A stretch of 60,265 bases of DNA, from positions 1 through 60,265 of the forward strand of contig NW_021832542.1 of assembly GCF_006345805.1 (NCBI RefSeq). Reading direction: 5' to 3'. This stretch comes from Octopus sinensis. Taxonomy: Eukaryota. The translations under genes and the position numbers were made by a program. Of the stretch, positions 56,953 to 60,265 are shown in pieces. The notes under the pieces were generated by a model. The model was not told the origin of the DNA and did not search any database. It worked only from the letters and a program-made list of their open reading frames with translations. Within the stretch, counting starts at the first letter, position 1. Every line of letters begins with the position of its first letter.

Positions 56953-57402
56953 TACGTATATGTATAATATGTATATGTATATATATATATATATATATGT
57001 ATATTTGTGTGCGTGTGTGAGTGTATACATATATATATATATATATACTTATGTATATACACGTATATCTACACATACATATATATATATATACATTCAT
57101 ATATATATACATGTATGTATGTCTATGTATGTATCTATATTCTTTCTATCTCTCTATTTATTGATATTATATAAATATTTTATATATAATAAATGTGAAA
57201 TAGAAAGATGAATAATCTTGTAGTAGATTAATCAAAAGTTTAAACCGATACCTTAGTAGCAAAAATCACAGCAGTGAACAGCACGGTTGGAGGTACAACC
57301 ATCTGGCGTTGCAACCGTGCGTTGGTGCGGATAATTGAAATTAAAACATTATTGGTGAATTGAAGAAATGAGCTGAACGCAGATTGAACAGAAATCGTTT
57401 TA

Positions 57403-57491
57403 TTTCAGTCTACACGTGTTTCGAAAGGCACAAATTACCAAAATCCGATTGAATAATGGGACCATATTGTGTCTTTCTCTTCAGGAAGAAA
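57403..57491 (-). ncRNA. Type I hammerhead motif in the left arm of an inverted Penelope-like repeat
   Basis: Reads UUUCUUC-CUGAAGA-GAAAG...CUUUC-GAAA-C ACGU G-UA^GACUGAAA. One stem I mismatch. Confidence 0.75.
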
Positions 57492-57696
57492 AAAGGAAAT
57501 CCGTTGGAAAAACAAAAACAATTTGACTGCGGTCATGCTGGAGCAAAGCGTTTAGTCGAGCAAATCGACCCCAGGACTTATTCTTTGTCAGCCTAGTACT
57601 TATTTTAATCGGTCTCTTTTGCGGAATCGCTAAGTAACAGGGACGTAAACACACCAGCATCCACACCAGTTTTTGTTTTTCCAACGGATTTCCTTT

Positions 57697-57784
57697 TTTC
57701 TTCCTGAAGAGAAAGACACAATATGGTCCCATTATTCAATCGGATTTTGGTATTTGTGCCTTTCGAAACCCGTGTAGAATGAAA
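57697..57784 (+). ncRNA. Type I hammerhead motif in the right arm of an inverted Penelope-like repeat
   Basis: Reads UUUCUUC-CUGAAGA-GAAAGACACAA...UUGUGCCUUUC-GAAA-C CCGU G-UA^GAAUGAAA. Stem I is 7 bp with a 1-nt bulge. Confidence 0.78.
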
Positions 57785-57844
57785 TAAAACGATTTCTGTT
57801 CAATCTGCGTTCAGCTCCATTTTCTCAATTCACCAATAATGTTA

Positions 57845-57882
<38 letters not shown>

Positions 57883-58479
57883 ATACTCTCACACAAATAT
57901 ATATGTATATATATATTTTTACATACATATATACATACAGAAATACTCACATATGTGTGTGCGTGTGTGTGTGAGTACAAGTTATAATTGTGTGATTGTG
58001 CTTTTCAACAATCAATGATAATTCCACTGTAAGATTGTCTTCCCAATATTCTCATTGTCTTCGATCTAACGCAATCAAAATTTCTACTCAAACCGGCTGA
58101 TTTATTCTTATTGAAATTGTTCAATTCTATAGATATCGAATTTGTCTTTCGGGTATTTGAAAATCATTTAAGCATTGGAAATTGTTGCCAAGTTCATCTT
58201 CATCTCAATCAAACCGGCCACTATTTTGTTGGTTGTCATGTATGTATGGCTGTGTGTGACTGTATGCATGTATGGCTGTATGTATATATACATGTATGGT
58301 TGTGTGTATGTATATTTATAGGTATTTATGTATGATTATATTCGTTTATGTAAACATGTACCAGTATGAATGTATACGTTTATGCTTATCTACAAAATAT
58401 ATATCATATATATGTGAGTGCGTGTGTGTGTCTGTATATGCATATATATGTATACGTATGTATATGCAATATATGATGA

Positions 58480-58511
<32 letters not shown>

Positions 58512-59129
58512 GTACGTAATTGTATACATATATATAGATATATTTATATGTTGGGTTCTTTATTATATATATATAAGTGTGTAAAATATATGCAACATAT
58601 TACACACACTGAGTATCTGCATATAAATGACCATTTACGTTTATATATCACATGTGCACACACATACAAGCATATGTATGTATATATGTTTAAACATATA
58701 TATATATATAGATATATTATATATATAGATATATATATTATATATATATATTATATATATATATATAATATATATATATATATATAATAAATAATGAGAT
58801 AGTTAGATAGAGAGATAGATAGACAGATAGATAGATAGATATTACATATATACATACAGACGGACATATACATATACACATACACATATGTATATATACA
58901 TATACACGTATGTGTGTGTGTGTGTGTGTGTAATGAATATGTTTTGTAAATATATAATTAAATTTTTTACATATGCAATACATTCATGTAGATATGAAAA
59001 ATAAACTTGAAAAGGTAATTGATTCCTAACTAAAATCAATTTACAAATTTCCACCTCGAAACCATCTTCTGCATATTTAATACGTCATTACTTTACTGGT
59101 TGCAATCGTTATATATTTACAGCGGCCAT

Positions 59130-60265
59130 AAAGGAAATGAGCTCATGCTCTGTAACTGGTCCTCATGACTTTCCAGTTATTCTCCTGAAGTCAGGCTTTA
59201 GCGAAACCACTTTAGATGCTTTTCCAAAGTTTTCGTTGCAAGTGATAAACTTCCTAATAAGCTGAAAGAAGGCATTATGTGCCCTATCCACAAATGTGGA
59301 AGCAGAGCAGAGGCCAAAAACTACAAGCCAATCTCTCTGAGTTCACCTGTCATGGCACGAATTATCAGAAAGAAGTTGATAATGTTCTTAGATGAAAATG
59401 ACCTACCGAACTATACGAAATATGGCTTCCGCCCAGCTGCTTGATCATTCAGATGTCAGCGTGATATACATTGGCTTTGCAAACGCATTTGTTAAGGTAG
59501 ATCACGGCACGATATGTCCTAAGATATGAAACCTTGGCTTTGCTGGTAAACTAGGAGAGTGGCTGCATTACTTCCTTAAAGACAGAAGTCAAGAAGTTGC
59601 AGTCAATGGTGCCTTTGCTGAAGAAACTCAAATCTTAAGTGGTGTCCTCCAGGGAACTGTTCTGGGTCAATTATTGTTCATGATAGCCCTCTTTGACATG
59701 TCCACGGTCAGTCGGGGAGTCACTGTCACTAGATATGCCGGTGATACAAAATTATCACAGGCAATAAATAATCAAGATGCCGCCGCAAGCTTACACCGGG
59801 ACGTGAATTCGATATACAAGTGGGCCGAAATAAACAACATGCAGTTTAATGCTGGAAAATTTCAAGCACTGCACTATCAACTCACGAATGTTCTACAGCC
59901 TGCATATACAGGAACCGAAGGCACTACAATCCCAGAGTCACAGACAGTGAAAGACCTTGGGATCAGTGTATTCAATGACGCATCTTTTTATATGCAGATT
60001 ACTAGGATGGCAGCAAAGTGCAGACAATTGGCAAGATGGATACTGAGGTCCTTCAAGACGAGAGACTACCAAAATATGTTGAGCATGTGGAGAACCTTTG
60101 TTCTCCACTGCATGGACTACTGTTCCCAGTTATTCTAAGCACATAGTGTCAAACTAACAGCAGAGCTTGAAGCAGTCCAACGCCATTACACTAAAATGAT
60201 TGAAACAGTGCAGCAGATGAGCTACAGCGATAGGCTGAGAAAACTGCAATTTTACTCTCTGGGGC
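59130..60265 (+). mobile_element. Decayed CR1/L2-type LINE reverse transcriptase fragment, running off the window
   Basis: Contains SGVLQGTVLGQLLF, YAGD (a mutated YADD), QFNAGKFQ and KDLGI, with frameshifts and stops. Confidence 0.9.

Larger units (their letters stand above)
57345..57843. repeat. 175-bp inverted repeat (Penelope-like tails) enclosing a copied SINE segment
   Basis: Arms are 57345-57519 and 57669-57843. The loop segment 57519-57662 is identical to 56567-56710. Confidence 0.93.

Overview
The whole window lies inside one large nicotinic acetylcholine receptor alpha-subunit gene on the minus strand. The repeat content suggests an octopod cephalopod (inference). Four internal exons splice in frame: 52853-52809 (45 nt), 17819-17710 (110 nt), 8262-7682 (581 nt) and 4229-3775 (455 nt). 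The introns between them are 34,989, 9,447 and 3,452 nt. The N-terminal exons and the TM4 exon were not found and probably lie outside the window. The introns hold an intact tRNA-Leu(AAG) gene, several tRNA-derived SINE families, CR1/L2-type and R4-type LINE fragments, Tc1/mariner and Helitron-like relics, and abundant microsatellites. The most notable signal is a dense set of type I hammerhead ribozyme motifs: 7 look intact or nearly intact, 1 is borderline, and several more are decayed. They sit in Penelope-like cassettes, mostly inserted in (TA)n tracts and often arranged as inverted repeats. Four are sense to the receptor pre-mRNA. Their stem III loops differ between families but are mostly self-complementary palindromes. 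Other notable structures are a spacer-less 430-bp palindrome and two 100%-identical locally templated duplications. All folding and alignment was done by eye; nothing was computed or searched.
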